Assembly (NCBI GenBank): GCA_951406725.2
Contig: OX597833.1
Location: 54,684,001 to 54,748,000 of the forward strand
Length of the DNA stretch: 64,000 nucleotides
Direction: 5' to 3'
Origin: Octopus vulgaris
Lineage: Eukaryota
Part shown: positions 27,166 to 41,863 of the stretch, piece by piece
Numbering within the stretch: position 1 is the first letter of the stretch
How the letters are laid out: each line of letters starts with the position of its first letter
Notes under the pieces: generated by a model
Told to the model about the DNA's origin: nothing
Databases searched by the model: none
The model's input: only the letters and a program-made list of their open reading frames with translations
Translations under genes and position numbers: made by a program

Positions 27166-27379
27166 CAATAGTGGATGTTTGGCCAAAGACTAATGGTCAA
27201 CAGTCAACTTAGAACTGGATGAGACGGGAGTAACACATTTAACTCTTTCATTACCAACCGGACTGAAACTGCCTCTGGCTCTGTAAGAACAAATGTCCAG
27301 TTTTCATAAGTTTTGAATTAAAATCTTCCATCAAACCTTAGTCACAAAATATGTTCCTAACACTAGCTTAATGATAACT

Positions 27380-27583
27380 CTCTCTTTACTCTTTTACTTG
27401 TTTCAGTCATTTGACTGCGGCCATGCTGGAGCACCGCCTTTAGTCGAGCAAATCGACCCCGGGACTTATTCTTTGTAAGCCCAGTACTTATTCTATCTGT
27501 CTTTTTTGCCGAACCACTAAGTGACGGGGATGTAAACACACCAGCATCGGTTGTCAAGCAATGCTAGGGGGACAAACACACAA

Positions 27584-27638
<55 letters not shown>

Positions 27639-27805
27639 TACGACAGGCTTCTTTCAGTTTCCGTCTACCAAATCCACTCACAAGGTTTTGGTCGGCCTGA
27701 GGCTATAGTAGAAGACAGTTGCCCAAGGTGCCACGCAGTGGGAATGGCCCCGGAACCATGTGGTTGGTAAGCAAGCTACTTACCACACAGCCACTCCTGC
27801 GCCTA
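27380..27805 (-). mobile_element. SINE A, full length, with TSD ATAACT
   Basis: Family A modules; ATAACT on both flanks. Confidence 0.9.
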
Positions 27806-27845
27806 TAACTAAGTTATTTTACTCAATTCTTTGTTATATTTGAAA

Positions 27846-28242
27846 CTAGCAGTATCACCCGGCGTTGCTCAGGTTTGTTTCAACCCTTTTTAATTGGAAT
27901 TTTTGAAAAGTAAAAATTTTGCATTATGTAGTTTGTTATTCTCTTTAAGTGAACATTTTTCTGGTTGAAATACACCGATAAATGGCAACACAGCAGTAAA
28001 AAAATCATAAAAAATAGGGATTTTCATATAAAAAAAAAGCACCTTTTTGATGTAAATAATTTTTGGTGTTAACATGGTTTGATTTGAATTTTATCTTCTA
28101 CAGAAGGAAGAGCAAGCCTTCTTCTATCATACTCTCAATTTTGGTCAACTTGCGCCGCAGGGTCTCGGGAGGAGATTGTGTTAGTTGAGGGCTACCAAAC
28201 CTGCCATACACAGACAACTTCAGCTTTATATATATAGAGAGA
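27846..28242 (-). mobile_element. Non-autonomous Helitron
   Basis: 5' TC(TC)TATATATATAAAG; 3' hairpin CCTGAGCAACGCCGGG followed by CTAG; A/T target, no TSD. Confidence 0.85.
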
Positions 28243-28856
28243 TTAATTGAAAGAAACACAGAGCATCTCAAAATAAATATGGTAACGAAAGGGTTAATAT
28301 GACTATCCAATAGATTTTATACCAGCAACCAATTTACTTGAATTTCAAGAATGTTGTTTCAGCCAGAACATAAAAAAACGGTTTCTTTCTTATGAAGATC
28401 AAAGACAGAAGTTATTAAAGCTCCTTTATTTTCTTTTTTTTTAAATCCTGTTAGCATGTGATGTAAAGGTGTTACCTACAACTCTTATACACACCTCCAA
28501 TATATAATTTATTAAAATCGGTATCCTGAATTAGAGTTTAAAATCTCTCAAAATTACCATTGTTCTCTTTAAACACAGCAAAAACTTTAGTATTCCACAA
28601 TTATTGTATTTGGTTCAATTTTAAAAAAATTTAAAAAATAATAAAATAATAATTATAAGAAAATTTACTTTTTTCATCTTCAAATATGAAATTGGTTTTA
28701 TTGTAGGTGTGAAAATTAATCAAACATTTCTAAGGGATGCAGTACATAGAAAAGGTTGTAAACCATTACATGAGGTCAAAGAGTCACTGCATTTGCTCTA
28801 TTGTGTCAGAATATGCAATATTCCAATGTAGAAATGAATCACCATATAAATATATA

Positions 28857-28900
<44 letters not shown>

Positions 28901-28904
<4 letters not shown>

Positions 28905-29066
28905 TAGCAAAAATTTAGATTCAAATGAATATGGTACTTAATTTAGATGCACCAGAATTCTGTATGGTATTATCCATATAATTCCTTGGGGTGATAATAA
29001 TCAGAATAAGCAACAAGAATGACTCCGATCGTACCAAATTACCGGAGTCATTCTTGTTGCTTATTT

Positions 29067-29068
<2 letters not shown>
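28901..29068. mobile_element. Truncated Penelope-like terminus with a 23-bp foldback, inside (TA)n
   Basis: AATAAGCAACAAGAATGACTCCG / CGGAGTCATTCTTGTTGCTTATT; related to the elements at 18965 and 31825. Confidence 0.55.
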
Positions 29069-29126
<58 letters not shown>

Positions 29127-29128
<2 letters not shown>

Positions 29129-29358
29129 TTTTACTCTTTTATTTGTTTCAGTCATTTGACTGTGGCCATGCTGGAGCACCGCCATTTGTCGAGCAAATCG
29201 ACCCCAGGGCTTATTCTTTGTAAGCCTAGTACTTATTCTTTCAGTCTCTTTTGCTTAACCGCTAAGTTACGGGGGGGGGAGGTAAACACACGAGTATCGG
29301 TTGTCAAGCAATGTTGGGGGTGGACAAACACAGTCACACAAACATATACACATACATA

Positions 29359-29424
<66 letters not shown>

Positions 29425-29493
29425 TATATACGATGGGCTTCTTTCAGTTTCCGTCTACCAAATCCACTCACAAGTCTTTGGTCGGCCCGAGGC
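29127..29493 (-). mobile_element. SINE A lacking its 5' end
   Basis: Tail and body present. Confidence 0.85.
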
Positions 29494-29795
29494 ATCATTC
29501 AAGCGTGATCATTACCAGCGTTGCCTTACTGGCACTTGTGCTGGTGGCACATGAAAAAACATTCAAGTGAGGTCATTGCCAGTACTGCCTGACTGGCCCC
29601 TGTGCTGGTGGCACATAAAAGCACCCACTACACTCTCAGAGTGGTTGGTGTGAGGAAGGGCATCCAGCTGTAGAAACTCTGCCAGATCAGATTGGAGCCT
29701 GGTGCAGCCATCTGGTTCGCCAGTCCTCAGTCAAAAAAAAAATCGTCCAACCCATGCTAGCATGGAAAGCGGACATTAAACAATGATGATGATGA
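29494..29795 (+). mobile_element. RTE LINE 3' tail
   Basis: Similar to 42900-43263. Confidence 0.8.
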
Positions 29796-29808
29796 TATAC
29801 ATACGTAC

Positions 29809-29849
<41 letters not shown>

Positions 29850-29948
29850 AAGTTAATCCAAACAAGGAAGCACAAAAAACACAACAACGCGAGGACGTGG
29901 AACAAATATAGTATTATTGGACGCTCAGGAAAGAAGGAAAGAAGGAGG

Positions 29949-29983
29949 GTTTAGCGTTTCGAGCGGAGCTCTTCATCGGAAAC
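29949..29983 (-). ncRNA. Minimal hammerhead motif in a ~200-bp element (29850-30052) inside (TA)n
   Basis: GTTT-CCGATGA-A-GAGC-TCC-GCTC-GAAAC-GC-T-AAAC. Confidence 0.65.
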
Positions 29984-30076
29984 ATAGGAGAAGGAAAGAT
30001 CCAGAGAAGGGAAGACAGAGGAAAAAAATCACCAACGGTACACACGCGGTCATATATATATGTATATATGTCTATG

Positions 30077-30169
<93 letters not shown>

Positions 30170-30212
30170 CAATAATAAATCTCTGAGCGAGGTATAAACA
30201 GTAACTGCTCTT

Positions 30213-30457
30213 TAATATAAGCGGGATCAGCCATCTGAATGTGGCTAGGGACAGGGCGGGGTGGTGGGGGTGTTACTGATGCATTTAGCCCCAGGCGACT
30301 ATAGACGTCACCAGAAGAGCCGACACCATCACAGCAAGGACACCGTGATGGTGTCGGCTCTTCTGGTGACGTCAATAGTCGCCTGGGTCTAAATGCATCA
30401 GTAACACCCCCACCACCCCGCCCTGTCCCTAGCCACATTCAGATGGCTGATCCCGCT

Positions 30458-30464
<7 letters not shown>
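30213..30464. repeat. Near-perfect long inverted repeat (120-bp arms, 12-nt spacer)
   Basis: Arms 30213-30332 and 30345-30464, two mismatches counted by eye. Confidence 0.95.
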
Positions 30465-30502
<38 letters not shown>

Positions 30503-30974
30503 ATATATATATATATATATATGTATGTATATACATAGACATATATACATATACACACACATGCACACACACACACACGCACACTAACACACACACATAT
30601 ATATAATGCGGGTTGCTTGTTTCAAATTTCAGTTTCTCCAGGAGGAATACTAATCATATTGACTGACAGCCTGTTTAGAAGAACAGATTTTGCATGTAAC
30701 CACGTCTTATTTGTTTATTTCTACAAAGCTATTAATCTGTCAAGTTTAATAACACATACTTGGAATACAGTGTTGATAGGGTGGCATGTCAATGTGTACT
30801 AATGATAATGTACCTACGTGTTGATTGACATAGCATTTATGTCAATATGAAGGAGTTTTCCAACACAGATTCGTATCAAAAGTGTTAATGCATAAGATTG
30901 TAATTGTGTTAAGTATCATGTTGAAATGAAGCCGCAGAAATATGTCAACATAGTAAAGATCAATAGGGATTCTT

Positions 30975-32185
<1,211 letters not shown>

Positions 32186-32197
32186 TTTTTATTTATA

Positions 32198-32254
<57 letters not shown>

Positions 32255-32515
32255 TAATAATAATATTAGGGAGTATAACTCCAAACTTACAGGGACCAAT
32301 TGAATTTAGTATTAAATCAAATTTCACAGTATGACTATATAAAATATGAATTAGAGAAAAAACATTATTACGCAACTCAAACAGTGATAGACATAAACCA
32401 ATACATAAATAACAAGTGATATATATAATTAATATAATATATAAAAAATATATATATATAATTTTTTTTTCAAAAAGTATAAAATGAATGATAAATATAA
32501 TATAATAAGTAAAAA

Positions 32516-32615
32516 CACTACGTACGTTTCATGGCTATAATTAAATTCAAATTACAATTAAGTTTAAATTCAATTGAAACAAATTCGAATTAAAATTATA
32601 GTCAATCTTCAGGTT
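32516..32615 (-). ncRNA. Hammerhead motif with long AT-rich stem II
   Basis: CTGAAGA-TTGACTATAATT...AATTATAGCCAT-GAAAC-GTAC-GT-A; palindromic stem III ACGTACGT. Confidence 0.6.
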
Positions 32616-32733
32616 AATGACACAGACAGTGTGTCATTAGCCAGCTGGAAGAGATGTCTCTCTTTGGCTATAAACAACAGTAGCATCATGCCATATGGGT
32701 CTGCCACATTTAGATGGCAAATATACTTCACGG

Positions 32734-32790
<57 letters not shown>

Positions 32791-33069
32791 GTGTATATAT
32801 TACTCTTTTACTTGTTTCAGTCCTTTGACTGTGGCCATGCTGGAGCACCGCCTGTAGTCGAACAAATCGACCCCAGGACTTATTCTTTGTAAGCCTAGTA
32901 CCTATTCTATCTATCTCTTTTGCTGAACCACTAAGTTACAGGGACGTAAATACACCAGCATCTGTTGTCAAACATGAACCCGGAACCATGTGGTTCGTAA
33001 GCAAGCTACTAACCACACAGCCATTCCTACACCTATATGTATATATATATATATAGTGTGTGTGTGTGA

Positions 33070-33396
33070 AGGCACATGGCTCAGTGGTTAGGGCATTCAG
33101 CTCAGCTCGTGATCATAAGGTTGTGAGCTCAATTCCTAGCAATGTGTTGTGTCCTTGAGCAAGACACTTTATTTCACATTGCTCCAAGTCCACTCAGCTG
33201 GCAAAAATGAGAAATACCTATATTTCAAAGGGCCAGCCTTGTCACGCTCTGTGTTGTGCTGAATTTCCTGAGAACTACATTAAGGATACACGTGTCTGTG
33301 GAGTACTCAGCCACTTGCACATTAATTTGACAAAAAGGCTGTTCCATTAATCGGATCAACCAGAACCCTTGCCACCGCAACCAGCAGAATGCCACC
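33070..33396 (+). mobile_element. SINE D
   Basis: GGCACATGGCTCAGTGGTTAG A box, degenerate B box, CORE-like domain. Confidence 0.8.
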
Positions 33397-33700
33397 AGTT
33401 AAATATATATAAATGTGTGTGTTTGTGTGTTTGAACCCAACCATCACTTGACAATTAGCATACTTCGTCTATATCCTCATAACTTAGCAGTCCAGCAAAA
33501 GAGACTTTTACAAAAACATATAAGTACTGGTATTGATTTGTTCATCTAAACACTTCAAGGTAATCAAAGGCATTCCAGCTATGACCATCCCTTCATATAC
33601 ATCCTTTTCTTTTTCTGTTTTTTTTTTTTTTTTGGTGGAAGTGGGGACTGCTGCCTGAGAATAAATTATCTAATTCTTGTATAATTTAAGACAATTGAGT

Positions 33701-34230
33701 TTGATTTGAGAGTTATTTGACAGCTATTTTCAGCAGGTCAAACAACACTGCAGAGATGCCCTGGTTTGTTTAAGACAGAAAATTGTGATTTGAGGGATAT
33801 TTGACTATTTTTTAACAATTTATATGGCTGTGTAGAAGCCACCTACTTCATTTTCTTGATTTATTTTTTGCCATTGTCTTGATTTTTTTATTGATTTGAG
33901 AGTTATTTGACAGCTATTTTCAGCAGGTCAAGCAACACTGCAGAGATCCCCTGGTTTGTTTAAGACAGCAGATTGTGATTTGAGGGATATTTGACTATTT
34001 TTAACAATTTATATGGCCATGTAGAAGCCACCTACCTCATTTTCTTGATTTATTTTTTGCCATTGTCTTGATTTTTTTATTGATTTGAGAGTTATTTGAC
34101 AGCTATTTTCAGCAGGTCAAACAACACTGCAGAGATCCTCTGGCTTGTTTAAGACAGCAAATTGTGATTTGAGGGATATTTGACTATTTTTAACAATTTA
34201 TATGACCATATAGAAGCCACCTACCTCACA
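33701..34230. repeat. ~190-bp tandem repeat, ~2.8 copies, each unit a diverged dimer
   Basis: Units start at 33701, 33891 and 34080; subunits GATTTGAGAGTTATTTGAC and GATTTGAGGGATATTTGAC. Confidence 0.9.
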
Positions 34231-34489
34231 GTCGTGATTTTTTTATTGCTCACACCTTTCATACTACAAAATATTTCGAAATAGAATTGGTTATAATTCT
34301 TATTTAGAATTAAATCATACACACTGTGCTGTAATATACAGAATATACATATAATATATTACCTAATATATACCGTTCACACAGAAACACATGCACACAC
34401 GTCTATACATGAATACATAGATCCATAACGTACGCATAGGTACGTGTGTTTTCTACATGAGTGTGTTAGTGTTTGCACGGTGTGTGTGT

Positions 34490-34523
<34 letters not shown>

Positions 34524-34724
34524 AAGACAGACAGACAGACAGAGTGTGTGCAACTACATTGCTTTATCTGCACAAGTATTTATCTACCAGCCTTTCTAGT
34601 TGTTCACCTGTCCATTTACCTATCTATTTCCTGTCTATATATATATATATTATATATACCTCTGTGCAGGTAATACAGTATACATACATACAAACATACA
34701 TACATACCAACATAAATACATACA

Positions 34725-34755
<31 letters not shown>

Positions 34756-34959
34756 GTACATACATACATAAATACGTACATACATACATACATACATCTA
34801 CATGTGTGTATGTGTGTAAGGTCTATATATGCTTAATATTAGCAATGTACACCTACCTACAAATGTGAGTGTATATTCATATATTTATATGTATGCATAA
34901 CAATCTGTCTCTCTCTTTTCTTCATTATGTTTCTCCCTTTCTCCCTATATACGCATGTG

Positions 34960-35330
34960 TGTGTGTATACACATACACACACATACATAGACATATTTAC
35001 ACACACACACACACACACACATATATGTATATATATATATATATATACACTTGCATATAGCAGTTATATAATACACATATATATAGATGTATATCTATAT
35101 ACACATATGTATATGTATGCATATGTATGTATATATATATATATATATATATAAGCATATATATATATATACACACACATATATCCATATACATACATAT
35201 AACTATGTGTATGTATATTAGTACACGTATATGTATATACATACATTTTTATACATACATATATATATATGTATATATATGTATATATATATATATGTAT
35301 ATATATATATGTATATATATATATACATGC

Positions 35331-35392
<62 letters not shown>

Positions 35393-35471
35393 AAATGTAT
35401 ATAAATGTGTTTGTGTAGACATATGCTTATATATATGTGAGTATATATATTTATATATATATGTATATATA

Positions 35472-35536
<65 letters not shown>

Positions 35537-35770
35537 GCATACATAAGTACATACACCTTTTACAATGCATATATGTAGATGTGTAGGCATTGTAGAAGAT
35601 GTGTATGCATATGTAGATGTGTATATGTACAGATACATATATATATATATACACACAAACACACACACACACATACGTATAAGAATGCGTAAGTACGTAC
35701 GTACATGCGTACGTACGCATGTATGTACGAATGAATGTACGTTACATATATCTACGTATATACGTACGCA
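34960..35770. repeat. (TA)/(CA)/(TACG) compound microsatellite
   Basis: Direct inspection. Confidence 0.9.
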
Positions 35771-36289
35771 CACAGCCATTCATCATAATATCTAGCGTGT
35801 TATGCAACCGAATCTACGATTGCCTTATCTCACGGTTGCTACCACTATCACCCATAACTCTGCTAAATTATGAAATAGCAAGTCGTATCACACTGCATGC
35901 TGCTACTGTGCAACTTGTGTGCAGCAACAGCAACAGCAACAACAGCAGCAACAGCACCGCAGCAGCAGCGGTTACTCTATTCCTTCTTTCAATGCTCCAT
36001 GCAACATCTAGCAGTTCTTATACAATTCTTACTCTTCGAGATTATTACATTATATTGGTAGTAAAAACCATAGAGGGGGGGGTGATTCTTAGAGTTCCAG
36101 TTGTAGATGGATGTGTGTGCTTTAAATTGATGTGTACTTAAATTGTGTTTGTTGTATGAATTAGATACAGTGTATATATTAAGTATGTATGTGTATATAT
36201 ACATATATATATATATATGTATATAGCTGGAATTTACAAAAAAAAACTAACAAAAAATATATATGTATATATATATATGTGTGTGTATA

Positions 36290-36359
<70 letters not shown>

Positions 36360-36439
36360 AATACACATATATACAGATAGACAGACAGACAGATAGATAG
36401 GTAGTATGTTTTTTTAGGTAGGTAGGTAGGTAGATAGAT

Positions 36440-36505
<66 letters not shown>

Positions 36506-36764
36506 TTTGATAGGTAGGTAGGTAGATAGTTTGATAGGTAGGTAGGTAGATGGAGGTCGACTTTGCCTTTCACCTTTCGGTGTCGATAAATTAAGGACCA
36601 GTTACGCACTAGGGTCGATGTAATCTACTTAATACCTATGTCTGTCCTTGTTTGTCCCCTCTGTGTTTAGCTCCTTGTGGGTAATAAAGAAATAGGTAGG
36701 TAGATAGAATGGTAGCTAGGTAGGTATGTTGGTAGGTAGGTAGGTAGGTATAATGGTAGGTAGG

Positions 36765-36829
<65 letters not shown>

Positions 36830-37175
36830 GGATAGATATTATGGATATGTCATATTGTAAATATATTTTACGAACTGTTTTACCCTTGCGAAAGCCATGC
36901 ATTTTGTGCCTTCTTGAAGACTGCTAGAATTCTGGCATTTCAATATTAGAATGAATGTTCTTTTTCTATCTTTTTTTTTTTTTTACTTCTTTGAATTACT
37001 GGACTGTAGCCATGCTGGGGCACCACTTTGAAGGGGTTTTGGTCAAATGATTAGCTCCTCACCCCCACTCACTATTTACATAATTTTAAGCCTGGTACAT
37101 ATTCTATCAGTTTCTTTTGCCAAGCCACTATATATGTATATATATATGTGTAGATATATATATAAATAAATATAA

Positions 37176-37220
<45 letters not shown>

Positions 37221-37291
37221 GGCGGTGCCCCAGCATGGCCACAGCTCGTGAGCTGAAACTAGATAAGATAAAATAAAATAAAATAATATAA

Positions 37292-37331
<40 letters not shown>

Positions 37332-37522
37332 TTTTACTCTTTTGTTTGTTTCAGTCATTTAATTGTGGCCATGCTAGAGCACCACCTTTAGTCAAACAAA
37401 TCGACCCCAGGACTTATTCTATCAGTCTCTTTGGCCGAACCGCTAAGTGGCAGCTATGTAAATACACCAGCATCAGTTGTCAAGCAACGGTGGGTGGAGA
37501 CAAGCACAGACACACAAACATA

Positions 37523-37586
<64 letters not shown>

Positions 37587-37594
37587 GATACATA

Positions 37595-37630
<36 letters not shown>

Positions 37631-37661
37631 TGTATGTATGTATATTTATATGTATATATAC

Positions 37662-37875
37662 GTTAATGTCTGATTCCGCATCCACAAAGGCTATAAGCAT
37701 CACAGACATCCCCTCAGACTCTAGTCTGAAGACGAAGGCAACGGATTTCTGCCTCCCAGAAATGAAGAGTTACATTTGTTTTAACACACGAATCTGATTG
37801 GACATCTCTGAGGCAGCCTTCAGGGATGCGAAACCATTGGTCACTCTCTGGCCAGACATTAACTTTATTACTTTA
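37662..37875 (+). mobile_element. Foldback element with a degenerate hammerhead (37790-37846)
   Basis: Ends GTTAATGTCTG/CAGACATTAAC; CTGATTG-[stem CATC.CTGA.GGC/GCC.TCAG.GATG]-GAAAC-CATTG-GTC. Confidence 0.5.
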
Positions 37876-37922
<47 letters not shown>

Positions 37923-37952
37923 TGTGTGTCGGCATGCATAATTATATATATT

Positions 37953-38183
37953 ACTCTCTTTTTTACTCTCTTTTATTTGTTTCAGTCATTTGACTGCGGC
38001 CATGCTGGAGCACCACCTTTTAGTCAAGCAAATCGACCCCAGGACTTATTCTTTGTAAACCTAATGCCTAGTAACTTATCCTATCGGTCTCTTTTGCGGA
38101 ACCGCTAAGTAACAGGGACGTAAACACACCAGCATCAGTTGTCAAGCGATGTTGGAGAGACAAACACAGACACACAAATATAT

Positions 38184-38229
<46 letters not shown>

Positions 38230-38391
38230 GATGGGCTTCTTTCAGTTTCCGTTTACCAAATCTTCTCACAAGGCTTTGGTCGGCCTGAGGCTATAGTAGA
38301 AGACACTTGCCCAAGGTGCCACGCAGTGGGATTGAACCCGGAACTGTGTGGCTGGTAAGCAAGCTACTTACCACACAGCCACTCCTGCACC
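37953..38391 (-). mobile_element. SINE A, full length (another 3' part at 37329-37520)
   Basis: Family A modules. Confidence 0.9.
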
Positions 38392-38454
38392 TATATATAT
38401 ATATATGTATGTATGTATATATGTATATATGTATGTATGTATGCATGTATGTAT

Positions 38455-38750
38455 GGTTAAACAAATTTGGAGTGAAGGACTCCTAGCCTTTGTTAGGGTA
38501 TCCTTCAAGGAGAAGGTAACTCAGGTAACTGGGATAACTCCGACATAAAACCTGCGGCTCAGTGGTTACCGATGATGTTGACTTGTTCTTCTTTTCGGAT
38601 TATGGCTGCTGTTGCTTAATGAGTGGGATTGACTCAGTGCACAGCCTTTCCTCACTTTAAAAAAAAATCTTCTTGCGCAGTCATTGCACGATAACAACAT
38701 TGATTATGCTTCGTGCAATGGCCATACTCGATAACGAGGGGGCAGCCACC
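38455..38750 (+). mobile_element. Short non-autonomous RTE/BovB-type element within (ATGT)n
   Basis: 3' end CTCGATAACGAGGGGGCAGCCACC resembles the RTE tail at 49336-49370; GGAGAAGGTAACTC resembles RTE 5' UTR motifs. Confidence 0.4.
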
Positions 38751-38960
38751 ATGTATGTATGTATTTATATATAATCTGATGATGAAGACCGAGAAAGAGA
38801 AAGACTTCAACACATCTTTAACAATCCTTTATATTTGTTTCTGCTTCCGATGCCTCCTCACACAAAAATTCAAAGTGAAAATTTACATAATGTGAGCAGT
38901 TTTAGACATTTGAGTGGCACTTCCTCAAACCTGCCTCAAAAGTATGCTTTTACATTCTAA

Positions 38961-38994
<34 letters not shown>

Positions 38995-39132
38995 TATATG
39001 ATATAATATAATATAATATAATATGATAAATAATATAAGGAGTGGCTGTGTGGTAAGTAGCTTGTTTACCAACCACATGGTTCTGGGTTCAATAATAATA
39101 ATAATAATAATAATAATGATGATAATGATAAA

Positions 39133-39170
<38 letters not shown>

Positions 39171-39586
39171 GTAATAATAATGATAATAATAGTAATAATA
39201 ATGATAATAATAATGATAATGATAAAAATAATAATAATGATAATAATAATAATATTTATACAACTTAAATGGGATGAATTGACAAAAGTCACCCGTGTAT
39301 AAAACAAAATATTTTGGATTATTTTCTTACAACTCTTTGTGTTCTGAGTTCCAAGCCATTTAAATTTGTCTCTGTATCAACCAGTAGTTCAAATACTGGG
39401 ATCGATCTAATTGACAACACCCACGCATCCCACCACCACAACTACGGTTATTATAAAAAAAATTTCGGAACAATTGGTGTAGCCTTTTGCTGGTGTGTCA
39501 ATGTTAGAAATTAAATTTTACACTAATTAAGAAAAATACTGGAGCATCACAGGAATGGCTAGCAAGTATGTAGTTATCTCCCTTTA

Positions 39587-39851
39587 TGTTGTGATAACTT
39601 CAAGTTGACGACTTGTGAGGTGAGAAGCATTGGACGGTGGCGGCGACGGTGGTGTGAGGTCAATAAACTAAAGAATCGTTCATATACAAGCCCCTTGATT
39701 CGACTGCCTCTGTCACCCATCTTCTCCCCTTCCTGCTATCAATCTCAGTGACCCTAAAAATGGGAGACAAGGGGACTGGCTTCGTCCCTTTCAATCACCA
39801 AGAGGATAAATAATAAGCAACCACAATCTCTGGTTGTGTGTTACCGTAACA
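39587..39851. mobile_element. Possible solo LTR
   Basis: TG...CA ends with an imperfect inverted repeat TGTTGTGATAAC / GTTACCGTAACA and an internal AATAAA; no clear TSD. Confidence 0.35.
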
Positions 39852-39864
39852 AGTTAAATAAATT

Positions 39865-40462
39865 TATTTCTTTATTTCCTTATTGCCCACAAGGGGCTAA
39901 ACATAGAGGGGACAAACAAGGACAGACAAAGCGATTAAGTCGATCATATCGACCCCAGTGCGTAACTGGTATTTATTTAATCGACCTCGAAAAAATGAAA
40001 GGCAAAGTCGACCTCGACGGAATTTGGGGTTCAGAACGTAACGGCAGACGAAATACCTATTTCTTTACTACCCACAAGGGGCTAAACACAGAGAGGACAA
40101 ACAAGGACAGACAAAGCGATTAAGTCGATTACATCAACCCCAGTGCGTAACTGGTACTTATTTAATCGACCACGAAAGGATGAAAGACAAAGTCGACCTC
40201 GACGGAATTTTAGTTCAGAAGGTAACGACAGACGAAATACCTATTTCTTTACTACCCACAAGGGGCTAAACACAGAGGGGACAAACAATGAGAGACAAAG
40301 AGATTAAGTCGATTACATCGACTCCAGTGCGTAACTGGTATTTATTTAATCGACCCCGAAAGGATGAAAGGCAAAGTCGACCTCGCCTGAATTTTGAGTT
40401 CAGAACGTAACAGCAGACAACATTTCGCCCAGCGTGCTAACGATTCTGCCAGCTCCTCGCCC
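39865..40462 (-). repeat. SINE B with triplicated body (~184-bp unit) and a single head
   Basis: Head at 40420-40462, three tandem body units downstream on the minus strand. Confidence 0.85.
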
Positions 40463-40548
40463 TGTAACAAGTGAAATAAAAAAAATAATATCAGTAGAGC
40501 TTTTCCTTCTGTGAAACCAAGTTACCCAACAGTAGCTCAGCACTGAAG

Positions 40549-40977
40549 GATCTCGTCCGTTTGAACGGCAGTTTTTTCTAGCGGTTTCATATGAAATTGT
40601 CACCCCTAATTATGACCCTAGTATCGATCTATTGCATTTCAATCTGTTTTAGGGTTAGGGTTAGTTAGGGTTATGGTTAGGGGTGGGGGGAGGGTATCTT
40701 TTTTCTTCAGAAATGTAAATAAACCCAATCTGTTTCTTAAACAAGGGACATATTCATATTCATACAGAATGTTTTCACCTCAATAGACGTCAGTGATTGG
40801 TTGAAATTGCAGAAATTGAAGGAAGAAAACAACAAATATCTTACAAACTATAGAATTTTCTCAATAAAGCCAAAAGAAAAAGATGTTTTATAAACACATT
40901 CTACCAGTATATGAAGTTTAAAATTTTTTAGTTATCTGGAAATTATGTTAAAACTGCCATTCATACCGAAAAGATCC
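40549..40977. mobile_element. MITE with 28-bp GG-starting TIRs and an internal TTAGGG tract
   Basis: GGATCTCGTCCGTTTGAACGGCAGTTTT / AAAACTGCCATTCATACCGAAAAGATCC; TTAGGG-like tract at 40648-40682. Confidence 0.75.
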
Positions 40978-41502
40978 TATACCGCTAAACATTTCGCCCG
41001 GCGTGCTAACGATTCTGCCAGCTAGCCGCCCTGTAACAAGTGAAATGATAAAAAAAATAATATCCGTTCAGTTTTTCCTTCTGTGAAACCAAGTTACCCA
41101 TCAGTAGCTCAGCATTGAAAAATAACTAAGGGAAAGACTTGACTTTTCAACGACCAGCTAATTTGATGGTGGTCTGGTTTAGTCAATAGCATAAAGACTG
41201 GTTGATACTTTATTTTAGTAACCCATAAGGACGGAAGGCAAAATTGACTTTATGGGATTCAATTTTGCCAGACCTTCATCCAGTAATGATTTCTTATATA
41301 TTTGACGACATGTAAGATGCAAATGTCTCAAAAATGTCACCTTGGGTCCTATATGTGAGACTGCTTTAATTATTACTTGATTTAATGCACTAAAAACATT
41401 GTCTTCCTTGGGTTGCCCCTAATATACCTGTGTACTGTTTATGCCAGGAATCCCCAAACTTTTATATGGTGTGATGATGGGGACTGCTGTCTCTATATAT
41501 CA

Positions 41503-41768
41503 TCATTATCATCATCATCGTTTAACGTCCGTTTTCCATGCTAGCATGGGTTGGACAGTTCGACTGGGGTCTGGGAAGCTAGGAGGCTGCACCAGGCTCC
41601 AGTCTGATCTGGCAGTGTTTCTACAGCTGGATGCCCTTCCTAACGCCAACCACTCTGTGCGTGTAGTGGGTGCTTTTTACGTGCCACCAGCACAGAAGCC
41701 AGTCAAGGCGGCGCTAGCATCAGCTACGTTCGGATGGTGCTTTTTACGTGCCACTGGCACAGAAGCCA
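41503..41768 (-). mobile_element. RTE LINE 3' tail (others at 22725-22845, 23600-23805, 52497-52760, 56921-57330)
   Basis: Matches 43020-43263. Confidence 0.85.
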
Positions 41769-41798
41769 GATATATATATAAATATATATATGTGTGTG

Positions 41799-41833
<35 letters not shown>

Positions 41834-41863
41834 ATATAGAGAGATATAGATATAGATATATAT

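Larger units (their letters stand above)
27243..28293. mobile_element. piggyBac-like MITE with a nested SINE A and Helitron
   Basis: TTAA on both sides; TIRs CTCTTTCATTACCA / TGGTAACGAAAGGG. Confidence 0.75.
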
